Shown here piece by piece: positions 30,778 through 38,173 of a DNA stretch of 64,000 bases (within the stretch, counting starts at the first letter, position 1; each line of letters begins with the position of its first letter). Below the pieces are notes generated by a model. That model worked only from the letters and a program-made list of their open reading frames with translations, had not been told where the DNA came from and did not search any database. The DNA comes from a virus, in the IMG/VR virus record IMGVR_UViG_3300020419_000005, one strand, 5' to 3'. A program made the position numbers and the translations under genes.

Positions 30778-30909
30778 TTAAGACTTTTTTTTCTTAGCGT
30801 CTCTAACCATTTTATTAAACTTCTTACTTTGTTTTGGACTCATACCGCAAAAATAGTTTAATAAGTTGCCTTCATATTGATCGGCAAGTGCTATAAGGTC
30901 ATTATTCAT
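30778..30909 (-). CDS. Small early hypothetical protein
   Basis: Hand translation MNNDLIALADQYEGNLLNYFCGM...; coupled to the upstream ORF. Confidence 0.5.
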   Translation of the reverse strand: MNNDLIALADQYEGNLLNYFCGMSPKQSKKFNKMVRDAKKKKS

Positions 30910-31043
30910 TAGTAAGTACCTCTTAATAAGTTCTTACTGTTGTTAAACTGGTCAATAAGTGCTTCAGTTTTAGCGTTTTGTTTCGCTATTTCCTTATCGG
31001 CAAATTTGATAAGTCTGTGAAGCATTTGTAAATCCTTATCCAT
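30909..31043 (-). CDS. Small early hypothetical protein
   Basis: Hand translation MDKDLQMLHRLIKFADKEIAK...; AACAACACTAA leader. Confidence 0.5.
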   Translation of the reverse strand: MDKDLQMLHRLIKFADKEIAKQNAKTEALIDQFNNSKNLLRGTY

Positions 31044-31119
31044 AATGTTTAAATTAGTGTTGTTTGGATATATCCAATATAAGGGAAAATTAGGATAAAT
31101 GCAATAGGAAAACAGATTC

Positions 31120-31362
31120 TTAACATTTTTTTAACAATTCATCTTTTCCTCTTTGAATATATCCCTTTTTATATGATTCAACTGAAATTTCGCTTATATT
31201 CTCTATTTCTTCTTCAGTTAAACCTGATTCTTCAAAAATTAGTGCATTATCACTAAATTTTGTTAGAGTTTCAATTACTTCTTCAAAAGAAAAATCTCTA
31301 TTGATAGCATTTTCGCCAAATGCAATTTCAAAAACTTCTTCAATAAATTCATTTTGTGTCAT
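31120..31362 (-). CDS. Acidic early hypothetical protein
   Basis: ORF track; Glu-rich. Confidence 0.6.
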   Translation of the reverse strand: MTQNEFIEEVFEIAFGENAINRDFSFEEVIETLTKFSDNALIFEESGLTEEEIENISEISVESYKKGYIQRGKDELLKKC

Positions 31363-31495
31363 TTGATTAAATCCTTATGTAATTTGATTAAAATTGATGA
31401 ATTAACATCTATAATTTCAGTTTTCTTATCATCATTTTCAGAATAATGAAAGTTTAAACACTCTATCATATAGAGTAACTCTTTTTGTGTAAACA

Positions 31496-31696
31496 TTATA
31501 CAATTCCCTCTTCAACTAATCCCATTATGTTGCCTGTTTCATCAACTATTTCCCCAGTTTCGTTGTCCCTGACACAACTGTATTCATAATCACAACCAAA
31601 TTCAAAGGATAAATCCATTGCTTTTTGTAAATCGTCAGTAAATACCTCTGAATTGAATAATCTGGGTGTTTCAACTGTGTATTTGAAATTGTCCAT
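31496..31696 (-). CDS. Acidic early hypothetical protein
   Basis: ORF with a TTGACA promoter and AAACACTAAA leader. Confidence 0.65.
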   Translation of the reverse strand: MDNFKYTVETPRLFNSEVFTDDLQKAMDLSFEFGCDYEYSCVRDNETGEIVDETGNIMGLVEEGIV

Positions 31697-31776
31697 TTGT
31701 TTTTAGTGTTTGTATGTTATGATTTATTATTGCATATAATTCTGTTATATGTCAATAAGGAAATATAAAGAGAATA

Positions 31777-32034
31777 TTAAGATAATATTCCCATTTTTGT
31801 TGCTGTTTGTTTAGTTGCTCTACGCTCTATAACAAAATCCCTTACTCTCTCTCTATCAAGAGAATCCCCACCGCCCCAAGTAACGTGAGTTCCAACTTCG
31901 CATAAATCAAGATAGTTTAAAGTTGCAAGTGCTAACTCTTCCCTAGTTAAACCGTCTATAGGGTAAAGTACATCAGGGTGACTAGGTGAATAGAATGATT
32001 CACAATAATCAAGAAATTCTTTAAAGTTGTCCAT
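31777..32034 (-). CDS. Conserved cyanophage early protein (GGGDSLDRERVRD motif)
   Basis: Likely start MDNFKEF at 32034, immediately after the AAACACT leader. Confidence 0.7.
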   Translation of the reverse strand: MDNFKEFLDYCESFYSPSHPDVLYPIDGLTREELALATLNYLDLCEVGTHVTWGGGDSLDRERVRDFVIERRATKQTATKMGILS

Positions 32035-32106
32035 AGTGTTTTTTGTAGATGAATCCATCATAACATAAAATAATGAATGATGGATATATGAATTGTTAAA
32101 TAAATG

Positions 32107-32352
32107 TTAAGAAAATAAATCTGAACATAATGATCTATGAATCATAAACAATTTATCTAAATCGCTTGAATCAAAACTTATCCATTCTGAGACGTATTCC
32201 CATCTATCAAAATCTGTAACCATTCCATCAAAATCTGGTGCTGAACAAAAATCCTTATTTTCGTCTAACCAAAATGACCTTCCAAAGTGCATAGAATGAG
32301 TTACTCTCAATTCTATTGATTGATTCCACTCATATGTTGATAAAGTAGGCAT
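32107..32352 (-). CDS. Early hypothetical protein
   Basis: ORF with its own promoter cassette. Confidence 0.65.
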   Translation of the reverse strand: MPTLSTYEWNQSIELRVTHSMHFGRSFWLDENKDFCSAPDFDGMVTDFDRWEYVSEWISFDSSDLDKLFMIHRSLCSDLFS

Positions 32353-32426
32353 AGCGTTTAAAGTGTTGTTATATCCAATATATCATAAAATAATCAATAT
32401 TGGATATATGAATTGTTAAGAAATAA

Positions 32427-32615
32427 TTAAAAGACGTAACAGTTATGAATAAACATTAATTCTTCATACTGTTCTGTTGAATATGCTCGTTTATCCTGTA
32501 TGTTGAAATCCGACCAATCGCAACCATCTAATTTGATTTCCAAATTTTCGTATTCTGAATTCCATCGATGTAAAATTTTTGTACCATCAATTTGAGAGAT
32601 AAATTTTCTTATCAT
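32427..32615 (-). CDS. Early hypothetical protein
   Basis: ORF track; coupled to the upstream ORF. Confidence 0.55.
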   Translation of the reverse strand: MIRKFISQIDGTKILHRWNSEYENLEIKLDGCDWSDFNIQDKRAYSTEQYEELMFIHNCYVF

Positions 32616-32616
32616 T

Positions 32617-32847
32617 TTAAAAAACTCCTTCTAGTGATAATTGAGTATCGGCAAATACTTCTTCTTCGATTTCGTCTATTACTTCGTTGTATTCGCCATA
32701 ATCTTCAGAATAGTCATCCCAATCATAATCCCCATTTTCAAAAATTTCTCTTGCGTGTTCCTGACTTCTTGCCATTATGGTATAAGTACCATATTTTTCA
32801 AATTTTGTTGTAACGTAGAAGCGTTTTTCTGTAGTTAGTTGTTTCAT
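32617..32847 (-). CDS. Acidic/aromatic early protein
   Basis: Likely start MKQLTTEK; C-half DYDWDDYSEDYGEYNEVIDEIEEE. Confidence 0.6.
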   Translation of the reverse strand: MKQLTTEKRFYVTTKFEKYGTYTIMARSQEHAREIFENGDYDWDDYSEDYGEYNEVIDEIEEEVFADTQLSLEGVF

Positions 32848-32851
32848 ATTA

Positions 32852-33115
32852 TTAACCCTTCGCTTCCATTTTCTGTTCAAATGCTAGTCTATCCCTTTCT
32901 TCGGGTGTAGTAACCGTTTCTGGGTCATACTGAGCGTTATATGCTTCTTGAAAGTCAAATCCTAGCATACCGTCAACGATTTCCTGTAATTCGTCAATAT
33001 CTGTTTCAAATTGACTAAACCAAAAATCTTGATTCATAGGATGCTTATTATCGTTTTCTTTACGATAGTTTTCTAGGTCAGTTTGGAACTGTTCTAAAAT
33101 TTTTTCAAAGTTCAT
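32852..33115 (-). CDS. Early hypothetical protein
   Basis: ORF with its own promoter cassette. Confidence 0.65.
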   Translation of the reverse strand: MNFEKILEQFQTDLENYRKENDNKHPMNQDFWFSQFETDIDELQEIVDGMLGFDFQEAYNAQYDPETVTTPEERDRLAFEQKMEAKG

Positions 33116-33194
33116 AGTGTTTTATGTGTTCTTGTATCCACTATATCATAAGATAATGAATAATGGATATATGAATTATAAAGAAATTGTTAAA

Positions 33195-33569
33195 TTACTT
33201 GTTGAATTGATCGTAAAAATCGTCACTATTCAGTAGTGGCAACTGTTCATAAGATAAACGACATTCGGGGTCAGGTTGCATAAATGCAACTATATCGTCA
33301 GTAAAACTGGTTACGTCTCCTTCATAGGCACTATAATAAGTGTTTTCAAACTCATAATCTTCCCATTGAGCATTTTTCCAGTTTAATAAATCCCAAGAAA
33401 AAACGTCTTCTTCAACATCCGATGAGTAATTTTCATACTGTTCTCTTGTCAATACAACTTCTTCTAAGATAAATCTTCTTCTTACAAGTGTAACTAGATT
33501 GTCTGAGTCTATTTTTTCTTGACCCATTTGTTGTGCTAGTATCTGTTGATTAGGTGTTAATTTACTCAT
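33195..33569 (-). CDS. Acidic early hypothetical protein
   Basis: ORF track; D/E/Y/W-rich. Confidence 0.6.
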   Translation of the reverse strand: MSKLTPNQQILAQQMGQEKIDSDNLVTLVRRRFILEEVVLTREQYENYSSDVEEDVFSWDLLNWKNAQWEDYEFENTYYSAYEGDVTSFTDDIVAFMQPDPECRLSYEQLPLLNSDDFYDQFNK

Positions 33570-33701
33570 TGATGATAAACCTCATAATGTTGAATTGTGT
33601 CAAGTGCTTCGATTTGATGATCGTTTAACTCAAAGTCCATATCTCTGAGTATATCATACAATTTAACCATATTGTAAATTTGATCGTTTGTTAATGGTAT
33701 A

Positions 33702-33923
33702 TTAATCATTTTCCATACCTCGCATTGAATCGTCAAATTTCCAATAGGTGTATAACCACTCGAAATTGTCTGTTAATGGTTCTTTACCATCTACAACAAA
33801 TTCATCAAATAATGCTCTTGAATCCTCTGTACGGTTTTCATCAACTGCTCTGATGGTTGATTTCATTATTGTGTCAATTAAGACATCAATAGATTTATCT
33901 AAAGTTTCGGTCATCATTGGCAT
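33702..33923 (-). CDS. Early hypothetical protein
   Basis: ORF track. Confidence 0.55.
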   Translation of the reverse strand: MPMMTETLDKSIDVLIDTIMKSTIRAVDENRTEDSRALFDEFVVDGKEPLTDNFEWLYTYWKFDDSMRGMEND

Positions 33924-34124
33924 AAATCCTCAAATCTTTTTCCTACGATAGCATCTATAGATACTGGGTCAAGATCTGACTCTTTAACGTCAAATCCTTC
34001 TTTTTTCAAATTTGCGAGTGATTCAGCAACAACCTCATCATAGAGTGTTTCTAAAATCGCTTCGTGATGTAAAACTGACATAATAGTGTTTTGTGTCTTG
34101 ATTTAATATTAAAGGATAATGTGA

Positions 34125-34358
34125 CTATTTCAAGTCTGGTAGTGCCACTTCTTTAACTGGCATAGCATAGAGTATTTTTTCAAATGTTGCTTTGCTATCT
34201 TTTAATTTGTTCTTTTTGTACCATACTCTATACATATCAACGGTATTTGATGTATCATTACCATTTGTTTCATTATTATAGAATGAGAAAAAGAACATCA
34301 TAGAGTCAATTAAAATCTGTTGCTCTGTTTCGTTTAATGTTATGTTAAGTTGTTTCAT
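34125..34358 (-). CDS. Early hypothetical protein
   Basis: ORF track; coupled to the upstream ORF. Confidence 0.55.
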   Translation of the reverse strand: MKQLNITLNETEQQILIDSMMFFFSFYNNETNGNDTSNTVDMYRVWYKKNKLKDSKATFEKILYAMPVKEVALPDLK

Positions 34359-34360
34359 AA

Positions 34361-34699
34361 TTAACAGTAAAATGAAGTTGGTCTTTTAGCAATTTTAGTC
34401 TGATCTTTTCTTTTCATTCTCAAAACCTCGAAATCTCTCTCAAGATCAAACGCTGTTTCTTTTGCTATTGGAAATTTAGTCTTACGTTGCTCTTTAGATA
34501 GTTCAAGTTCATTCTCTGTTAACCATTGATCTTTAATGACCTCTTGAACCTTCTTAAATGCCCCTACAACCGCATCTTTACCGTATCGGTCAAATGCTAG
34601 TCCTGACGTTGAATTGCTCTCGTCTAGGTCGCAATAACAGTAACCTAACTGATTTGCGATTAAACCTAGTTCTCTTGCTGTTAGATTTAATTGATACAT
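34361..34699 (-). CDS. Early hypothetical protein
   Basis: ORF with an upstream tandem TTAACA box. Confidence 0.65.
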   Translation of the reverse strand: MYQLNLTARELGLIANQLGYCYCDLDESNSTSGLAFDRYGKDAVVGAFKKVQEVIKDQWLTENELELSKEQRKTKFPIAKETAFDLERDFEVLRMKRKDQTKIAKRPTSFYC

Positions 34700-34771
34700 T
34701 TTAGTTGTTTGGATTGTAATAGTTTAACATTATTATTATAATGGATATAATGACTAGAATTGTTAAGAAAA

Positions 34772-35038
34772 TCATAAGATTGCTTTTTCCTCCATTTTGT
34801 TGTCAATTAAATAAGCAATAAAATCATTCCATTCTGACCAATCTTGATCGTAAACTGAGTAACAAATGTCTTTGATAAATTCATCATCAATTCTTTTTGT
34901 ATCCCATTCTTCCCTATCGTATGTGTCAATAACAGATAATACATCTGATTTTATGTCAACATAGTCCATAGCAAATTGCATAGGATTAGGGCAACTGTTT
35001 AACCAATTTTGGTATTCTTGTTGATTTTTATTGGTCAT
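34772..35038 (-). CDS. Acidic early hypothetical protein (YQNWLNSCP motif)
   Basis: ORF with a long structured leader. Confidence 0.65.
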   Translation of the reverse strand: MTNKNQQEYQNWLNSCPNPMQFAMDYVDIKSDVLSVIDTYDREEWDTKRIDDEFIKDICYSVYDQDWSEWNDFIAYLIDNKMEEKAIL

Positions 35039-35060
35039 TTAATTAGTGTTTAAATTGATA

Positions 35061-35151
35061 GTGGAGGAGGTTCGATTTTAAAATCTTTTCCACCGATGCT
35101 CTTAGTAGGACTAACCCACAATGTCGGGATGAGATTACCCTTGCCCTCCAC
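35061..35151 (-). ncRNA. Candidate structured 5'-leader RNA
   Basis: GC-rich island closed by GTGGAGG/CCTCCAC, with nested CCGA/TCGG and GTGGG/CCTAC stems. Confidence 0.45.
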
Positions 35152-35335
35152 ATTTATAATGTACCATATCAACGGTACAATACAATAGATGATGTGACAC
35201 TATGTGAATTGTCCTACTCTTCCCTCACTTCAAACAATTCATATGTAATCATATCAATCAGATCTACGTCAAGATCTTCTTTAAGATAATCTCTGAGTTT
35301 CTTTGAACTCATTGCTTTAATTTCTTGATAGGTCA

Positions 35336-35548
35336 TTATTTTAATTGAATGTGATAGTTAAATTTGATAGGATAAAAACCACTACTGGCAATGATTTCTT
35401 CCCTTAAATCGTCTTCATTGTCTGCTTCATAAACACCGAGTGCTGAGTCTCTGATTGCAATTTCTTCATCAAATGTTAGTTGGCACTCTGGGATACCATC
35501 GCCAAATTCACAAAAGTCAAACTCAATGTCTGTTACATCATACATCAT
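35336..35548 (-). CDS. Acidic conserved cyanophage early protein (VTDIEFDF motif)
   Basis: ORF track. Confidence 0.65.
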   Translation of the reverse strand: MMYDVTDIEFDFCEFGDGIPECQLTFDEEIAIRDSALGVYEADNEDDLREEIIASSGFYPIKFNYHIQLK

Positions 35549-35732
35549 TAGTCATTTCCTCCATAAGTGAGTCAATTTCTTCAGCACAAAATCCGCACCT
35601 CCAACCTTCAACTTCATCGTTGTAAACTGGATAACGATTTACATATCTACCTGTTCCGAATGAACATAGACTACCACAATCAACACATATTTCAGTTTTG
35701 AATGTATCTACTGGTTTACACATTAATTTCAT
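35538..35732 (-). CDS. Small zinc-ribbon-like protein
   Basis: CVDC...CGFC. Confidence 0.6.
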   Translation of the reverse strand: MKLMCKPVDTFKTEICVDCGSLCSFGTGRYVNRYPVYNDEVEGWRCGFCAEEIDSLMEEMTNDV

Positions 35733-35995
35733 TGTGCATACTCCTCAACTTCCTCTACTACATCATCAAAACCATCATCCCAATAGTTTTGGGCATCATC
35801 AAGAAATTCGACATCTGACATATTCTTATACAAGTCATCAAGGTCTGCTGTAACATAGGCAACTAAGTCCTCTGTTGACATATTGTCAACTGCTCTCTCA
35901 ACCAAAAATGATTTGAGTTCGTTAATTAGTGCGGGTGTAAAATCTTTTTTTACTTGTCTCATTTTATTATGAGAGTAATATTCAAATTGTGTCAT
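35729..35995 (-). CDS. Acidic early hypothetical protein
   Basis: ORF track; VDNMSTEDL motif. Confidence 0.6.
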   Translation of the reverse strand: MTQFEYYSHNKMRQVKKDFTPALINELKSFLVERAVDNMSTEDLVAYVTADLDDLYKNMSDVEFLDDAQNYWDDGFDDVVEEVEEYAQ

Positions 35996-35997
35996 AA

Positions 35998-36228
35998 TTA
36001 GTGTGATCTGATAGTATCATACACTCTAACTGATAAAGTTTGGTCTCCAGAGGTGTCAATTTTTTCTCTGTCACACGCTTTACCAACTATTGTCCAAATT
36101 TGGTGTAGTTCTTCATCATTGAGGAATTCTGCCATATTGTAGTAAACTTCATTGCCCTCTTGATAAGGGTCATCATCAGGGAATGTATATTTCACTCCCT
36201 CTGGTTGGTATCCTCTTGGGTCTGTCAT
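35998..36228 (-). CDS. Early hypothetical protein
   Basis: ORF track. Confidence 0.55.
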   Translation of the reverse strand: MTDPRGYQPEGVKYTFPDDDPYQEGNEVYYNMAEFLNDEELHQIWTIVGKACDREKIDTSGDQTLSVRVYDTIRSH

Positions 36229-36458
36229 TATTTCCCCTCGTTTCTAAGTGCTTCTTCTGCATCATCAACTAATTGTTTCTGATTTAGCATATGCTCAACT
36301 TTTTCTTGAGCAAATCCCTCTATCTTTTCATAGAACCAATCTGAGTCTGTAATGACATCAGTTTGATGATCTACTAATTCTGTGACATACGCTTTGATGA
36401 CTTCGGCAAGTTTGTTTCCGAATGTCTCGTCAACGCTGTTTAACATTGGGTCAATCAT
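36228..36458 (-). CDS. Early hypothetical protein
   Basis: ORF with its own promoter and AACAAACAC leader. Confidence 0.6.
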   Translation of the reverse strand: MIDPMLNSVDETFGNKLAEVIKAYVTELVDHQTDVITDSDWFYEKIEGFAQEKVEHMLNQKQLVDDAEEALRNEGK

Positions 36459-36518
36459 TTTGGTGTTTGTTAACTATAATCTATTATTGCATAGCGTTAT
36501 GTACTATGCAATTCCAGG

Positions 36519-36542
36519 TGTGACAGTATTATAACTGTCACA
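36519..36542. promoter_or_regulatory. Perfect palindrome TGTGACAGT-N6-ACTGTCACA upstream of an early promoter
   Basis: 9-bp inverted repeat; degenerate copies at 27865, 34120, 35193, 37728 and 39495. Confidence 0.7.
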
Positions 36543-37038
36543 TAATCTGAGTACCTTGCTCTTTAATTATCCTATTACTAATAGTGTGACCTAAACGTGG
36601 GTCTTTTCTATTCTTAACTGTATTGAATTTCTTTTTCAATGCAGGGATGAGTTCATCTAATACTTGTTTCGCTGTCATTCGCCATACTTCAACGATTTTT
36701 CCATCTTTGTATCTGGCATAATAGTGATGATGATATTTTCCTATTTTCTCATCAACTAGATAATTGACTTGCTTTTCCCAAGTATCTTGAACTGATATAC
36801 CATTGTATGTCGCTGTCAACTTCTTACCTATGGTTGACTTATATTCTATGGGTAAGTCATATTTGTCGTATGCGTCAGCACCAGAATAATCCTCTGCTAC
36901 TGTATGACCGAGTACCCCTGCCATATGAATCTCTCTTGATCTGGCATAACTGAATGGGTCTCCCCAACCTTGCTCTTCGCAAAGTTTGTACATATTCTCA
37001 AATAATTGCTGATAGCGTTGTTCTGGTTTGTTCATCAT
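36538..37038 (-). CDS. PD-(D/E)xK nuclease resembling restriction endonuclease PvuII
   Basis: SGADAYD....IEYKS catalytic motif plus IGKY..YYARY..GKIVEVWRM and IIKEQGTQIM, collinear with PvuII as recalled; start probably the ATG at 37038 or 37035. Confidence 0.6.
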   Translation of the reverse strand: MMNKPEQRYQQLFENMYKLCEEQGWGDPFSYARSREIHMAGVLGHTVAEDYSGADAYDKYDLPIEYKSTIGKKLTATYNGISVQDTWEKQVNYLVDEKIGKYHHHYYARYKDGKIVEVWRMTAKQVLDELIPALKKKFNTVKNRKDPRLGHTISNRIIKEQGTQIM

Positions 37039-37189
37039 AGTAAGGTGTCCTCTGATAATAGTGTTCCCCACTCAGTATAGACGTATGGGTACTGTTTTGC
37101 AAGTTTTTTAAAGTGATGGAAATCATCTAGTGATAATTCTTCATTTGTTTCGTGGTATTTTTGCCACCTAGTTTGCACTTCATTGAATG

Positions 37190-37666
37190 TCATACTAATA
37201 CCTCACCTTTTTCAATTTGATCTAACGCTCTACGAGTGCAGGGTGTTGCTTCATAGGATAGTATCTGGTCATAGTTCTCATCATATTGATGCTTTAACTC
37301 ATACATCGCCCAGAATCCTTGACCTCTACCGTTTGGAACAAATATGTATGAATACTCTTGCCAACAATCAATCATAAAGAAATCTTTTCGTTTCTTACTG
37401 ATAATTGGTTCTTCATTGTCTCCACCATAGTATGATGGTTTTGGGTCAGCGATAGGTGTAAACTCTCCTGTTTCTACATTAAACTTACTGTCAGACCAAC
37501 AGTTTGACATATTGCCACCGTCAATAAGTTTGTTTACTGATTCTTCAGTATTATAGTGAGTGAGTAATTTAACTCCTAGTCCTTCGGGGTATCCATCAAA
37601 GTGATGATATACAGATTTTATTGAACCATCTTCTAATTCAATTCCTATTCTTGATCTAGTTGACAT
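37190..37666 (-). CDS. Conserved phage early protein (MSTRS.IG...Y.H.DGYP family)
   Basis: Motif SVYHHFDGYPEGLG; own promoter. Confidence 0.7.
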   Translation of the reverse strand: MSTRSRIGIELEDGSIKSVYHHFDGYPEGLGVKLLTHYNTEESVNKLIDGGNMSNCWSDSKFNVETGEFTPIADPKPSYYGGDNEEPIISKKRKDFFMIDCWQEYSYIFVPNGRGQGFWAMYELKHQYDENYDQILSYEATPCTRRALDQIEKGEVLV

Positions 37667-37701
37667 AATTGGTGTTTGTTAACTGAATCCATTATAGACA
37701 C

Positions 37702-37724
37702 AAAAAAACCCCCTGTCTAGGGGG
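37702..37724 (-). terminator. Terminator hairpin embedded in an early promoter spacer
   Basis: CCCCT-AGAC-AGGGG then GTTTTTTTG, followed by TATAAT. Confidence 0.7.
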
Positions 37725-37735
37725 CAATGTGACAC

Positions 37736-38137
37736 TTACCAATGTGTCCCAAGATGCGTCATTGTGTTCTTAAATGTGGTAAGAGTGGAACTATTAGTAA
37801 TATCCGTTGTACTGACTCTTGCTGATGCTTCATCTTTACCTATGAGTCCGTCTTTGGTTACAAATCCCCATACAGTAACTAATGCACCTCTATCTGAGGG
37901 TGCTGTTGCAACGATTTCTAGGTCGTCTCCTGCTGATCTACTAGCAAATGACCAAGTTACCTTTTCGTTATCTCCTGTTACTAAATCCTTTTTTGATTGT
38001 AATTTGTAATCAGAGAGACTTCCTGTACCTGCTGATGTCATTCTAGCATTGATGTTTGCTAATCTGTATGCTTTCGCTTTCGCAACCAATTCAGTACACA
38101 CGCTGTTAGTTGCAGTTATAGTTGCTGATGTTGCCAT
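37736..38137 (-). CDS. Ala/Thr/Ser-rich hypothetical protein, probably late or virion-associated
   Basis: Perfect TATAAATA at 38166-38173 upstream. Confidence 0.6.
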   Translation of the reverse strand: MATSATITATNSVCTELVAKAKAYRLANINARMTSAGTGSLSDYKLQSKKDLVTGDNEKVTWSFASRSAGDDLEIVATAPSDRGALVTVWGFVTKDGLIGKDEASARVSTTDITNSSTLTTFKNTMTHLGTHW

Positions 38138-38165
38138 TTTTACTATGTACTTTGTTTCGTAATTC

Positions 38166-38173
38166 TATTTATA
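38166..38173 (-). promoter_or_regulatory. T4-type late promoter TATAAATA
   Basis: Exact consensus, 28 nt upstream of the ATG at 38137. Confidence 0.65.

Noticed and set aside
29373-33194. Recurring intergenic repeats as a CRISPR array or integron attC sites
   Set aside because: The repeats are degenerate, separated by whole genes and contain -35/-10 boxes; no cas or integrase gene and no attC R-box pattern
35061-35151. tRNA (contains GGTTCGA on the plus strand)
   Set aside because: No cloverleaf, D-arm or correctly placed acceptor stem; kept only as a structured-leader candidate
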